In this document: positions 50,661 through 63,093 of the stretch, piece by piece | How the letters are laid out: each line of letters starts with the position of its first letter | How positions within the stretch are numbered: the stretch's first letter is position 1 | Assembly: GCA_903813345.2 (NCBI GenBank) | Contig: CAIIXF020000001.1 | Coordinates: forward strand, 49,724,001-49,788,000 | Direction: 5' to 3' | Length of the DNA stretch: 64,000 bases | Origin: Owenia fusiformis | Lineage: Eukaryota | Translations under genes and position numbers: made by a program | Notes under the pieces: generated by a model | What the model saw: the letters and a program-made list of their open reading frames with translations, nothing else | Databases searched by the model: none | Told to the model about the DNA's origin: nothing

Positions 50661-51656
50661 GTAGGACCTCATTTTCATTCACCATTGTAGGCAAAGGTTG
50701 ATTGTTTGAAAAGGCAACATTTCCAAATCAAGATATTTGTCAGGGGTGGAATCATGATCCTAAAATTGGCGAGAGGTAAACATAAAAAGATGTGACAAGA
50801 TTTTGGTGGGTTTATATAAGATTCAGGATTCTCAACATATTGACCAGAGGCAAGTAGGCCCTCATACTCTAATCTACAGATACTAAAGTCTGATGCAATG
50901 AATAAAACCGACTGGATAAAAACATAAAGTATGGGTCTTATTAAGCCCTTCAAAATGATATATAACTTATTGTGAATTGTTTCATTTTCTTGCTTCGGGT
51001 AGATTCATTTACATTTTCTTTTTTCATTTTCTTTTCATTTTTCCAAAAAGTGATCAGTCTTCAAGTAGTTAACCAGTTGACCCCCTCAAGTATAAGATCC
51101 AGTGATAATGTATGTAATATATATTATATCTGCTAAAAAGATGTTAGTGGACCAGAAAAGGCAATAGGAGATGTAGGGATTGTTATTGCACATGTTTCGT
51201 TTAAGCTTTTGTTTGATGAGTTGTGTAAATAGTAATACCCCAAGGATCAGAAACTAAAGTAGTTACAACTCTCTGAATGAGGGTTTTATATAACTACAGA
51301 ATATAATTGATCATTTCAGTAAAAATGGTGACCTTACCTGTCAGTAATGGAGAAAATGTTTCACAGATAGTTCTCTGAAAAATACTACAGGGCACAGCCT
51401 CTAGCTCAGGAATTGATTGTACTTAGTACAGAAAACAAGTGTATTCCTGTTGGTAGAAGAGCTGAAAAGTCTTCGTGAACTAGCCTGCTTCATTTACATT
51501 TGCCAAAACATAAAAAATGATAAGTTGTTGTTTTGACCCATTTTGTTATTTCAATGAGAGGTTTATTGAGAAATAATTTTGACTTTGGATACTCACAACT
51601 TTGTAAAACCCTGAGAAACAAATCAATTATTTGTTGTAGACAACTTAAGCAAATTC

Positions 51657-52708
51657 AATATACCAATAGGCGATAACGTTTAATTTAGTTCAGTTTAGCT
51701 ACCTCCCATTTGAAGAGCTCTCATGTATGGTACAACTTTGTCTACATCCGGGTTCTTTCTCATTGGATTACACAGGGGTGCTATTTTCAATGCCACACTG
51801 CGACTCTATTAAAGCTGGACTACGCTCCGAAACGCAATCTTGGGTTGTTTCGGGGGTGAACTTTATCATTTTGAGCTTAATGAAAGATTATAGAATGATG
51901 AACAAATGGGGCAAATCTTGTGTAGAAATACTTACGATAAATGTGTCATTTCAAAGATTTTTCATTGAATTTGCTTCGATCGGTGCCGGCAATATGATTT
52001 TGGAAAGGTTTCTAAATGAAGAACGTGACGTCACTTCCGAATCATAGCATTCAAAATAAGTAGCGTTTAATTACTTCCTCCTTTCATAATAATACGGTGG
52101 TGTAGCGGGTAGAATCCTCGCTGAGCACTCGGGAGGCCCGGGTTCGAATCCCGCATTAGCCTTTTTATTTTTTTAACTAAATGATTGTTCTTTGATATTA
52201 CGCAGAAAAAAACAATTTTTATTTACATAAACTTTATATTAGAGCTTGAAAATGTAAAAACAATATATGTCAGCATATTGCGTTTTGGAGCGATGTGCAG
52301 GTTTAAACATTTTTTGTAAAGTTTCATTTGCACAAACGCTAGGTATGTATGTAATTAAGATATATGACAAAGCTTTTTGAACTATAATCCCCAAATCCGA
52401 AGAAATCTGTATGAAAATGCCTTCCAATTCCATTTACGTCACTGATTTCCCAGAAATTGCTCAGACACCATCGAAGATCGAAAAAATATAAATAATGTTA
52501 CTTTGAATCTCCGATTATCTTTCTGATTATTGAATAGATTGGATCATATAACTATGCTTGAGGGCTGATGGAAGATCAGAAGCTGAGAAACGTTCAGAGT
52601 AATCGACTCGTTCGGCGGGCAATGAAAATTTGTCCGTTCCAAAGCGATGCATCATGGGAGATATTTATGTAAATTACCACCTGAACACTTATCGCGAATA
52701 GGAGTATT
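51657..52708. mobile_element. Old TIR element carrying a central pseudo-tRNA
   Basis: Degenerate IR AATACCAATAGGCGATAAC / CTTATCGCGAATAGGAGTATT; CpG-richer interior. Confidence 0.4.
52091..52161 (+). pseudogene. tRNA-Gly-derived pseudo-tRNA
   Basis: GGTGGTGTAGCGGGTAGAATCCTCGCTGAGCACTCGGGAGGCCCGGGTTCGAATCCCG closely follows the tRNA-Gly(GCC) body. A/B boxes intact, T-run follows; acceptor stem does not pair and anticodon loop is altered. Confidence 0.7.
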
Positions 52709-52843
52709 GTCTATTTAAATTTCATTTTTGAGAGCAATTGGATGGATATTTTCTCATATGATTTTTGGCAACCTAACCATTTCCTATTGGTTTACATGGG
52801 TCCTACCATTTTTTGAAATCATCAAAGTTGGAGGGAAATTAGC

Positions 52844-53330
52844 GCAACAGATTTCAGACAGTCATATGTTTCAATATTGATTTTGGCCATTTTCTGAGGA
52901 TTTAAACAGCATCAATATGTTGCGTTTTGAGACACAGTTAATCCCTTTAAAGGAATATTCCCCATGTTATTTTCCCATAAGGAAAACTCATGCACTATTT
53001 CTTTCAGCTAATTTTGTTGTTCACCCATAATGGATATCTTTAAAACCCTGAAGGGATCACTTATTCCTTTAAAGTGGTTAACTGTGTGTCAAAACATATT
53101 GATACAACAAAAATTGAAAAAGCAGGGGTGGAAGGGATTGAAAATCAGAACAACATTGCAGAAAAACATGTGGGTGGGTTGTTTGCACCTCCCTGGTCTC
53201 AAAGTCGAAATTATTTTATCATCTCTATGAGTGCTTTTCCTGGAGGTAATACATTGATCTAACATATGCACCTGTTTAAATCCTCATAGAATAGCCGCAA
53301 TCTAACACATGACTGTCCAAAATCTGTTAC
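52844..53330. mobile_element. Old MITE with imperfect ~70-bp TIRs
   Basis: AACAGATTTCAGACAGTCAT...GAGGATTTAAACAG versus CTGTTTAAATCCTC...ATGACTGTCCAAAATCTGTT. Confidence 0.55.
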
Positions 53331-53411
53331 TTTCCCTCCTCCTTTGACATCAATTTTTGACCTATTGTAATAGGGATGTTGAAGGTATTTGGAATCTGAA
53401 AGTGAGGTTTA

Positions 53412-53555
53412 TGCCTGGGTCACATTTGCTCCGATCTATCAGCCGACGCCCGGCCAATTGAGTGTTTTGTTCAATATTGTGTTCAATTTTGAACAAATAC
53501 AATACTCAATTGGCGGGGCGCCATAGTGAAAATCAGAGCAAATGTGACCAAGGCA
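53412..53555. mobile_element. PIF/Harbinger (Tourist-like) palindromic MITE
   Basis: TGCCTGGGTCACATTTGCTC ... GAGCAAATGTGACCAAGGCA; TTA TSD. Confidence 0.8.
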
Positions 53556-53669
53556 TTATAGAGAAAGTGAAAGTCAGATATCAGGAGTCATATCATAAGT
53601 TCAGTAGCATTAACACTTTATTCTAGGTATAATTGAAAAATCATTAGTTGCAAAGCTATTCTCAGATTA

Positions 53670-53815
53670 AAAAGTGCTTGGGGTTCATTTTCTGGCCTGT
53701 TAATTTCATGGGGTGTTGCATCAATTGAGCCAAGGGCAAATTGGAGATAGTTCCAATTATTCCTCATATTGTTCCATTCTTCAAGAGATGGCCAGCGCAC
53801 ATTTAATAAATTTAA
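53670..53815 (-). pseudogene. Harbinger (HARBI1/DDE_Tnp_4-like) transposase fragment
   Basis: VRWPSLEEWNNMRNNWNYLQFALGSIDATPHEINRPENEPQALF matches the G.ID.T...I.RP motif around the first catalytic Asp. Confidence 0.7.
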
Positions 53816-54099
53816 CAAGGAATTTGGAGGAGGCGCAAATAAAAACACCAGGGTTGGATTTATCTCACTTGGAAGGCCTTCTGGTGGTGGTGCAGCTAGT
53901 AACATAAGCAATGCAACTACTGGATTTTACAAAACATGCAATCATAAACATACTTAAAGTACCAACTTCCGAGGAAGAGGGGCAGCTTATTGTCACGATT
54001 GTGTGTTTTCAAATGCATTACAGAATGGAATGGTCTTAATGCCGACACTAGAAATTCGCGATCATTGGCCTCTTTTAAAATACTTTGAAATTAACGTAT

Positions 54100-54470
54100 G
54101 GTAATTCATTGATTACCACCATGGACATGAACATTAGGTGATTCAAAATATAACAGAAGGAGTTGGATTTGTTCCTCCTTTCCCAGTTCCATACTCACAA
54201 CTTTACTACTGTGGATTCGCCTGTTTGTTTATGCAGCACAGAATCTGAAACGTTGAGACATTTTTTCTTCAGATGTAATCTTACAAGGCCAACCATGAAA
54301 ACTTTGTTTGGTGAAGTCCAGGATAATTTCCCAGAAATCAATTTTAAAGGCATACATGACTTGAAAAAATACATATCCTGCTCTATAGGATGAGCAAATC
54401 AAAAAACAGAATTGGTAAAACTATTCTCATCTCACCTTGAAATCATAAGCACTTAATCAAAGATATGATA
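54100..54470 (+). mobile_element. 3' remnant of a CR1-type LINE ORF2, interrupted at 54471
   Basis: HNFTTVDSPVCLCSTESETLRHFFFRC = C-terminal C.C...ET..HFFF.C zinc knuckle. Confidence 0.65.
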
Positions 54471-57400
54471 CCCTTAAGAAAAAAACGCTTGTTTTCTCCT
54501 CATGTGGTTAAAAGATGACCTTTTTTTAACCACATTTTTACCACTCAAGATATGTTTAAGTGTGGTTGTGGTCACCTGTTTTGACATTCATAAAAGTGTG
54601 GGCTCTGCTGGTATTTCTTCCACAATTCCAAGAAATATCTCCCCATAGTTTCTCCTCATAATGAGAAAGTGTGGTTAAGGTGTTCCTGAAACTATGGGTG
54701 AGCAGGATATCAACTTAAATATGATTTAAGGTTACCATATTGTTAATAGGGGTTAAAAGGGTTAATGCTTGTTAAATATATTTTTGGATTTATTGTACAT
54801 GATAAGTCTGTTATACCTGTTATTCTGGTATCTAAATTGTTTCATGCATCTTTTTCATCATCAAATAAATATTTTATTTTGAAGCATGATTTATTTGTCT
54901 CAATTATTATTGATTTATTCCATAATACTACTGTTCTCCCAGGGAAATATGAAGGAATAAAAATCGTATTGAATCGTATTACATGAAAAAATTGTATTGT
55001 CCCCGGGACAAAAAATCGTATTGGAGCGTATTACATGAAAAAATCGTATTGTCCCCGGGAAAAAAATCGTATTGGAACGTATTAACCTATTTTTGGTTTT
55101 CCTGTTATTTTTAACCTTGGCTAATTGATAAAAGCATTTTCAAAATGTAACATTTTAGAGGAATGTATTATGGAATAAATAGGTTATTTCTGGTCGGGAT
55201 TGAATATGGGTTTCATTCCTCGGAAAATATGATATTGACCTTGGGAAATATGATATTGACACTCGGAATAAAACCCATATTCAATCCCTCCCAGTAAATA
55301 ACCTATATTTATTGGTGTATATTTTAATCTTTGATTATCCCAGAGTTTAATCTCTACAGGATATTTCAGTGAAACGCCTCAATTTGTGGAAACTGGTGAC
55401 CTATGAAAGTGAACTGTTGACAATACCAATCAATTAAATTTCAATATGCTCCCATACCAATTAATTTGTACAATAGTATTACACCACAAAGCCATATCAA
55501 ATGTCAAATAGGGACCAAATACCAAACTAATTGTCTAAATATAAGACCAAATATCTGGGAAACAATCAAAATCAACCTCAATTTTTATTCACTATCAACT
55601 GAGACCATGCCACCATCATAAAATTTTTTATGTTAGTCTCAGCTATCAGAGAGGATGATGTTTGAATATGACTATTCAACGTTCATTGAAGGCTGCTTGG
55701 CACCTTTCGCCTGACTGTAACCAATGACAATTCTGCAATAAACTTTGTAAAATATATAAAAAGTGTAAGCTCCGAAGATTAATAACAGTAAATAAAATGA
55801 GTATTTGCTATTCATACCAAGGTTAAGATTGAGTCTATTGCCGAAGTAGGGTGGGTTGTTCTATTATGAGAAATCTAACAATTTTAAGCAGTGTAAAAAC
55901 TAAATTGAATTAAAAGAATTCCATTATATATAAAAACCACTGACCATAAGATTCAAAGGTGTGGGTCGGGTGTGGTATGAGTGTGGTTTGGAGATGGTAT
56001 AAGAGCAGTACAGGTATGGGTGATATATAATATGAATAAAAAGTGTGGTCTAAAAATGTGGGAAAAGTGTGGTCTTTAAGTCAACAAACCCAAAATTGTT
56101 TACATAAGTTATAACAACAATGTTCAGTTCCACAGCTAGGACAAAATGAGTTTACTCAGATCTAGCTCAGATATAGATTTAATGAAAATAAGCATCCAAG
56201 ATCCATATTTAAACTTATAATTATTAATCAAATGATTAATTATTATCAAATAATTATTAATTAAAATGGACACATTGAAGTGAGGAGCCTGAACTGAACA
56301 TACAGAGGCAATCAGAACATGCCATCTAGATAGATACAGAAAAGTATCATTTAAAGCTCTGTAGATGAATTGAATTATCAGTTAACCTCCTTACAAATCT
56401 GGAATATGGTCCCTAAGCACAATAATGTACATTACAAATGTTTACTATAAAGGAAAGATATGTAAGACCTTCACTGAAAATGATAATAATTGAAGAAAAA
56501 TAAACTGTGACCAGTTCACGAAAAAAGATCACATGATTATGAATATAAATATCTCCCACAAAATGCATCAACTTGGGTTGTTGCTATAGAACAACCTAAT
56601 ATCAACCTTTGGTATCAACTTAAGATGTGTTTTTCAGAATCTCACAGTCTTCACTAAAACTGCTTTAAATAATCTGTCCATATAACTGTAGCTTTAAGGG
56701 TGATTTAAAGTACAAAATATGTCATGGAAAATATATACTGAAATTAAAGTTAAATAAAAATCACATTGCTAGGTTTCCTCATTCGCATGAATTTAGGGTT
56801 TTTGAAAAGATATTTAGGACTCAACTTGTCCACAAAGCACATTCAGGAATGTGTAATAACAAGTTAACAGACTTATTGAACTATTGTTTTTATAAACATA
56901 TCAGCAACATCCTTTTCTTATTTAATCATTAGATTTAGACTGTTGATTACAATTATAATCTTATTATTAAAATTAACATTGATATAATTCAAATAAATTC
57001 ACCAACTACAGGTACAACTTTTATTCTCGTGACTACAAGTCTTTGATGTCTAAGAAATAATAAAATCATGTCTGGACTATACTTTAACATTGATTACATG
57101 TATTTGTACAGCAGACATCCTGTTATTCTTTAATTATCCCAACGAACGAAGTTCGGTAGGGATATAGTGAAGCCCTCCGTCCGTCAGTCCGTCAGTCCGT
57201 CAGTCCGTCCGTCCGTCCGTCCGTCCGTCCGGAAGATAACTCAAATACGAGTTGACAGATTTTCTTCATATTTAGTGGGAAGATGTATATTGGTGAATAG
57301 TTGTACGCAAAAAAAAAAATTTTCAAGATGGCCGCCGCTTTAAAAATGACGGGACTTTTTCGAAAAAACCATAACTTTTTCATTCTAAACCAAAGTAATT

Positions 57401-60350
57401 AATATTATTGTTTGAAATTTTGGTAGTATATTCGCAACATCTATCTATTTCACAAATATTTTGTGTTTTTCATCCTGACCCCCAGGGGCTGTGTATGGGG
57501 GGTCAGGAAAACAGTAATTTTCGCTAATTTTTAGATCTTTCTGAAGTATAGCTTTATTATACTCAAATGAAAGGTAATTAAGAGTAGATTGCAAATATTG
57601 TATCTTTTTTCTGATTCGAGCCTCGTAAAATTCAAAATGGCCGTCTAATGTACGATTTCGCAATAATTTTTCGATCCCTTCAAAGTATGGCTATATTATA
57701 CTCAAATTGAAGGAATTTTGGAGTAGATCACAATTATGGTATTATTCTTCAGATTTGTACCTCAGAAAATTCAAAATGGCTGCTTTGCAGGAATTCGCAA
57801 TTCTAAAATTTAAATTTTTCAATTTTAACCAAAGTAATGAGTATAATTGATTGGAATTCGGTAATTGATATTTTGTTCGTTGGGATTTGCTACTCCGCGG
57901 AGTTGCCATTGTCTAGTTAGTCTTATAATAAGATTAGTCAGTTCAGTCAAAATAAGCGTCCCTTTAGAATAACTAATACTTTGTTTTATATTCATGCAAA
58001 CTTCTGATCTCCCTAAATAGAAAATTCAAGCATCATCTGGACTTTCAATAGCAGGGGGCGAGTGTCCGAAATCGCTGTTAGAAGTCGAATATAGTTTCGA
58101 GGGAAAATAAAAGTCTTCTATAGACTATCCTTTATTTTATTCAGCGATCTTGTTTTGCACTTCCTTGTCTATGATTTGTACCTCAGTTTCGAACTGCAAT
58201 GGAACTCACTATAATCGTAAAGATCACTTGATCTCATTATAGTAGTAAACACCATCCAATTTTGTACCCGTTTGGGCTATGCATTTTAGATCACTATCTA
58301 ACCACTATCATGTGCATGATAATTCAAATTCCAACCTTTGGTATAATCAGAGTTGGCTATTTTCCACTGGACATGCAGTTACATGTATGATTGATATAAC
58401 TCTGTACAACCAGTCACAGTACAGTCTTTCCAATGGGTGTAAAATTGTATTATTACCACCTTGCCGGGCCAGTTCTAGGGGGTTTTAGTGCTAAATTAGA
58501 AGGCATTCAATTTACTATATCGACCTGAGAAATGTGTGACGTCATAGTGGTGGTCCATATGGACCGGTCTAGAATATATTCTGGACCGGCAATTTTTCCC
58601 CGGGAAATTAGATATCGTTCAGTGCGTAAGATTTTCTTGCTATTTCAGCCCTGGTCGTTAACGGTGGTAATAATACTTATAACGTCATTTCACTATATTC
58701 CCCTTAGAAATGACGTTATTGTACTATTATTCAGTTAAAGGCCCCATATAAAGTTTAAACCACTTTGGCTTATATTTTTGTCTTATCCAATGTTATCAAA
58801 GCGTGAAATGTGAAACTTTTTATTAATTTCAAAAAATGTTTTTGAAGGACTTTTTGTTAAAAATATCGTGAATTTATTTAAAATTAACTTAAAGAGGTAA
58901 TAAGAGGTCCATAATTCTACATGTTCACATACAAGTTTAAAAAATGTGTATCTTAAATTAATGTAGAACTACGCCTTTGTATCAGAGACACACTTTTATA
59001 GGTGCGTCTTTACAATGAAACACAATAACGAGAATTGCAACTTTAGGATCTTGAAAACAGTTGCAATATCCTTCCTGGTTAGAATCGGTTGCCATGTACA
59101 ACTAAAACACTATATAAAATAACTATCTATACACCATCAATGCAAATATATGCTTTCTTCCATTCTGATACTCATGGCATCTTTCTGTTTCACTTGAAAC
59201 ACAGGGCTGAGAAGAAATGAGATGTCATGGTTTATCATGATGGCTTTTTTCGAGAATACATAATGCGGGTCCGGGAATGCGGGGTGCCACATTCATTGCA
59301 ACACACCTTGCAACAATGTCTTATGAGGGTATATTTCTTATATTGAGAAGTTTATCATCTATTGAAATTAAATACTTGTACATGTAGCTACAAAAAGCGA
59401 ATTTGTTTGAGCAGTCCTAGCTCGACATATTATAAAGAAAACAATATTTACAACATGGTATGCTTAGTAGACTGTTCAATTTGGAATTTCGAAGCTTAGC
59501 CAAACATCAGCTTTCTAACAAAAATCATCAAAAAAGGATTTTATCAAAGTCTTCCATGCAAATGAAGGTGCGAATTCACATTAACAAATTAAGATAAGAT
59601 CCACAATATGTTATCAAATGGTTTAATGCGCAAAATGGAAATGACTTTGACAAACCTTGGACATCTTTCTTTCAGTCCATGGACTCTAAAATAACAAGAA
59701 TTTGCATTGTCTGGAGCGTAAAATTGGTTATTTTGAATGCCGCCTCTTGTATTTTTCATCTGCCCCTTGTACACAAAGTTACTGAAACCACTGATCATTC
59801 ATTTGACTCTAACCCTTATGTCATTTTACTGAAATATTTTGCAAAGATTAAACCGTTTAACCTCAGTCAGAGTATAAAATGTACATGTGATCAAATTAAC
59901 CCATCTCCCTATGCTTCAATCATACAACATTCTCATAGTTGCCACATGCGTAATGGAATATTTCAAAGAAGATGCATAAAACAATTTAGATACCAGAATA
60001 ACAGGTATAACAGACTTATCATATACGGTAAATAATAAAAAATATTTTTAACAAGCATTAACCCTTTTAACCCCTATTAACAATATGGTAACCTTAAATC
60101 ATATTAAAGTTAATGTCCTGCTCCTCCATAGTTTCAGGAACACCTTAACCACACTTTCTCATTATGAGAAGAAACTATGGGGAGATATTTCTTGGAATTG
60201 TGGAAGAAATACCAGTGGGGACCACACTTTTATGAGTGTCAAAACAGGTGACCACAACCACACTTATACATATCTTGAGTGGTAAAAATGTGGTTAAAAA
60301 AGGTCATCTTTTAACCACATGAAGAGAAAACAAGCGTTTTTTCTTAAGGG
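54471..60350. mobile_element. 5.9-kb TIR element (CACTA/EnSpm-like CCC termini), non-autonomous, with nested insertions
   Basis: ~315-bp TIRs starting CCCTTAAGAAAAAA and ending TTTTTTCTTAAGGG; TA on both flanks. Confidence 0.8.
57134..57918 (+). mobile_element. HINE-like element family D
   Basis: SubTIR ATCCCAACGAA / TTCGTTGGGAT; (GTCC/GTCA)n; 3' hairpin GCTACTCCGCGGAGTTGC; ends CTAGTT. Confidence 0.8.
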
Positions 60351-61361
60351 TACTTTATTGCCTATTGAACAGTCCTTTTCAGTCACACACACACGCAGGA
60401 ATTGTTATTATTGTATTTTTGATCTATTTGTATATATGTATTATTTATATCATATGTCAATATGTTTAAGGTAACTTATAACTTAATCAAAAAATCCAAG
60501 ATGGCCGAAACCAGGAAGCACATGGCATTTGAGTATAATCTGACCATCAAAATTAACTGTCTTTTGGTTGGATTTTCTCTCAATTTTTAGTTCCACTTAT
60601 CATTTATATAACCAGGCTCACTGTGGTAATGCAAATAGAAACAGTAAACATTTTGGAATGGGAATTTGAGTCCTCTGAAAATGTGACAGAAAAATTGACA
60701 AAAAGAGTAGCATGGCAAAGGTCTCTCAACATTTTTTTCTAATTTCTCTGGAACATCCCTTTAATATAGCCCAAAATGGAAGGAGCTTTAGAATTTTGAA
60801 ATCTCTCATACAAATTAAAAAAAATAGAAAAAAACAATTTGAGAAGTGTACTTTTTTCCTTATTTTGATCCCAATTTTTTTATCGGGTAATTTTTCAAAT
60901 TTCCGTTGCTCCTTCGTTTTTGATATATGTTTGAAGTATATTTTCTGAAATGTTCAGATATTTTGAATCAGCGGTTTTTCACGGGCTACTCCTAGAAAAA
61001 AATCTTCTCAAATTCTTTAAACGGCACTTTTTTCTCAAACTAAAGTTTTTTGTTGTTCTTTGATGTCTTTGTAATGATTACAGTGCACAAGCATATGTGA
61101 AATAATAAAAACGACTTCTCAGGAAGAGTTTGAAAATTTCAAGATTGTGAAATTTTCAATTTTTTCTGAAGATCGATTAAGTTAACAGTCACCTTAATAT
61201 ATATAAAGACATGGCTAGTAATGACAGTATGGCACAGCCATTGAAATAAATTTATAAATAAAAAAATAAATAAACATGCTTGACCATTTTTGACATTTTC
61301 CCTGAACAAATTGCCTATACAACTCAGCATCTATATCAAACGCTTCAATAGGTATATATTA

Positions 61362-62478
61362 TAGTAGCCCGGACAGAATTGTTCAATGGTCACCTTTTCT
61401 TTAATAACTTTTTTAATTTTCAGTAGTTTCTAAATCTGGTTACATATTTGAAAACTAGAGTAAAATTCTGACATACAAAAAAAAAAAAATATTTAAGAAA
61501 CATCTCTTAATTTATTGATATTATAGGCGTTCATAGCATGAGTGACGCAAATACATAATTCACCATTTTGTCTCATATTTGTTCAAAAATGGCGGCATGT
61601 TTTGTGGTTTGAATGTTCAGTTGAAAGTTAATATTTAAGAAATGTCATAGGCCTACGAAATCATGTAGACTGCTGCCTTGGTATGAGGTAATGACTGCAT
61701 TTATAACCCTTTGTTTTAAATTGACTTGTATGTATACCAGAACTTAAAAAGGTTTGTACATTGTATGTACAGTTTATTGGTAATGTCGTAGGACTTAACA
61801 TTTTTTGGCCATTCCATTGTTACTCGTAGTGGATTAGCAACCCTAGTTTGTTTAACCTGTGCAACTATAGGGTCATACTGCCACAGTTTGTAATGTCTTT
61901 CCCAGTCACACGCCTCTTAACCCATCCTTGGCATGCACGTGAATTGTTCTTCAGCTTTTCAATGGCCTGAGATGGCTGTTTGGAGCTCTTGAAAAGATTG
62001 AGGACCTACTCTCATCACACCCGCATATTGGGGCGCCACCTTTTTAAATCCTCTTGAACACAACCCGAACATTTCAATAGAGTTGATTTCATATACCCTC
62101 GGATGGAGTTAATTTCTTGTATTTGATGAATGGTCAGTTGAGTTGCTGCTGCATTACATCAGGATTGTAACGGTGGCAGCATGGCCCTATAGTCCCATGA
62201 CAATCTTTAAATATTAACTTTCAACTGAACATTCAAATTCACAAAATATGCCGCCATTTTGAACAAATATGAGGCAAAATGATGAATTATGTATTTGCGT
62301 CAGTCATACTATGAACGCCAATAATATCAATAAAATAAGAGATGTTCCTTAAATATTTTTTTTGTATGTCAGAATTTTACTCTAGTTTTCAAATATGTCA
62401 TCAGACTATGATAATAATGAAAATTAAAAAAGTTATTAAAGAAAAAGTGACCATTGAACAATTCTGTCCAGGCTACTA
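61362..62478. mobile_element. Non-autonomous element with ~290-bp TIRs and TAG termini (Academ-like)
   Basis: TAGTAGCCCGGACAGAATTGTTCAATGGTCAC ... GTGACCATTGAACAATTCTGTCCAGGCTACTA; flanks ATTA/GTTA. Confidence 0.78.
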
Positions 62479-63093
62479 GTTATGAGAGTACTAGAGTGGA
62501 GAGAACTATATGTATAGTGTATGTGTAAACAGTTAGAGGATAATGTGCCAAATCAACCATCACAATATATAAGGGAAAGCCAGTGTACTGGCAAGCATGC
62601 AAGCCTACCAAAAACACATGATACATGTACAAGAATGCATTGTCACTGAATTAAAACTTAACATGTACAGGGTCAGGGTCACTAAACTTTCTCACAACAG
62701 GTTAAATAAATGAAAGCAACAGGCAAAATTAATTGATATCATAAATTAACATGGAAAAGTTGAAAAGTCCCTAAAAACCACAGACGATTTTGTGATTACA
62801 ACTTGTTTTTTATCCTTACTCATTCTTATCCTAACACATTCCCCTTTCTAATGGTAGTTCAAACCCTCACTTATTGATCCTGATTTGCTCAAGTTGTTAA
62901 TTAAGCTATATTACAGTATGTGATGGTACTATAAGAGTACTGTGAGAGACGGATAGCAGAAGAAAAGGTTCAATTGAAGCACAGTATGCACATATACATG
63001 TAATTACATTTGTGTAATGAGCTTCATCGAGACACCACTGAAAATAAAATCAGCTGTATATGTAGTGATTGGGATAAACCTATAAGCAACAAC

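Noticed and set aside
52091..52161. Functional tRNA gene
   Set aside because: Acceptor stem does not pair and the anticodon arm is mismatched; reported as pseudo-tRNA.
60620..61085. CACTGTG...CAGTG ends suggesting a Transib/Chapaev/RSS-like element
   Set aside because: IR is short and imperfect; no TSD and no nonamer seen.
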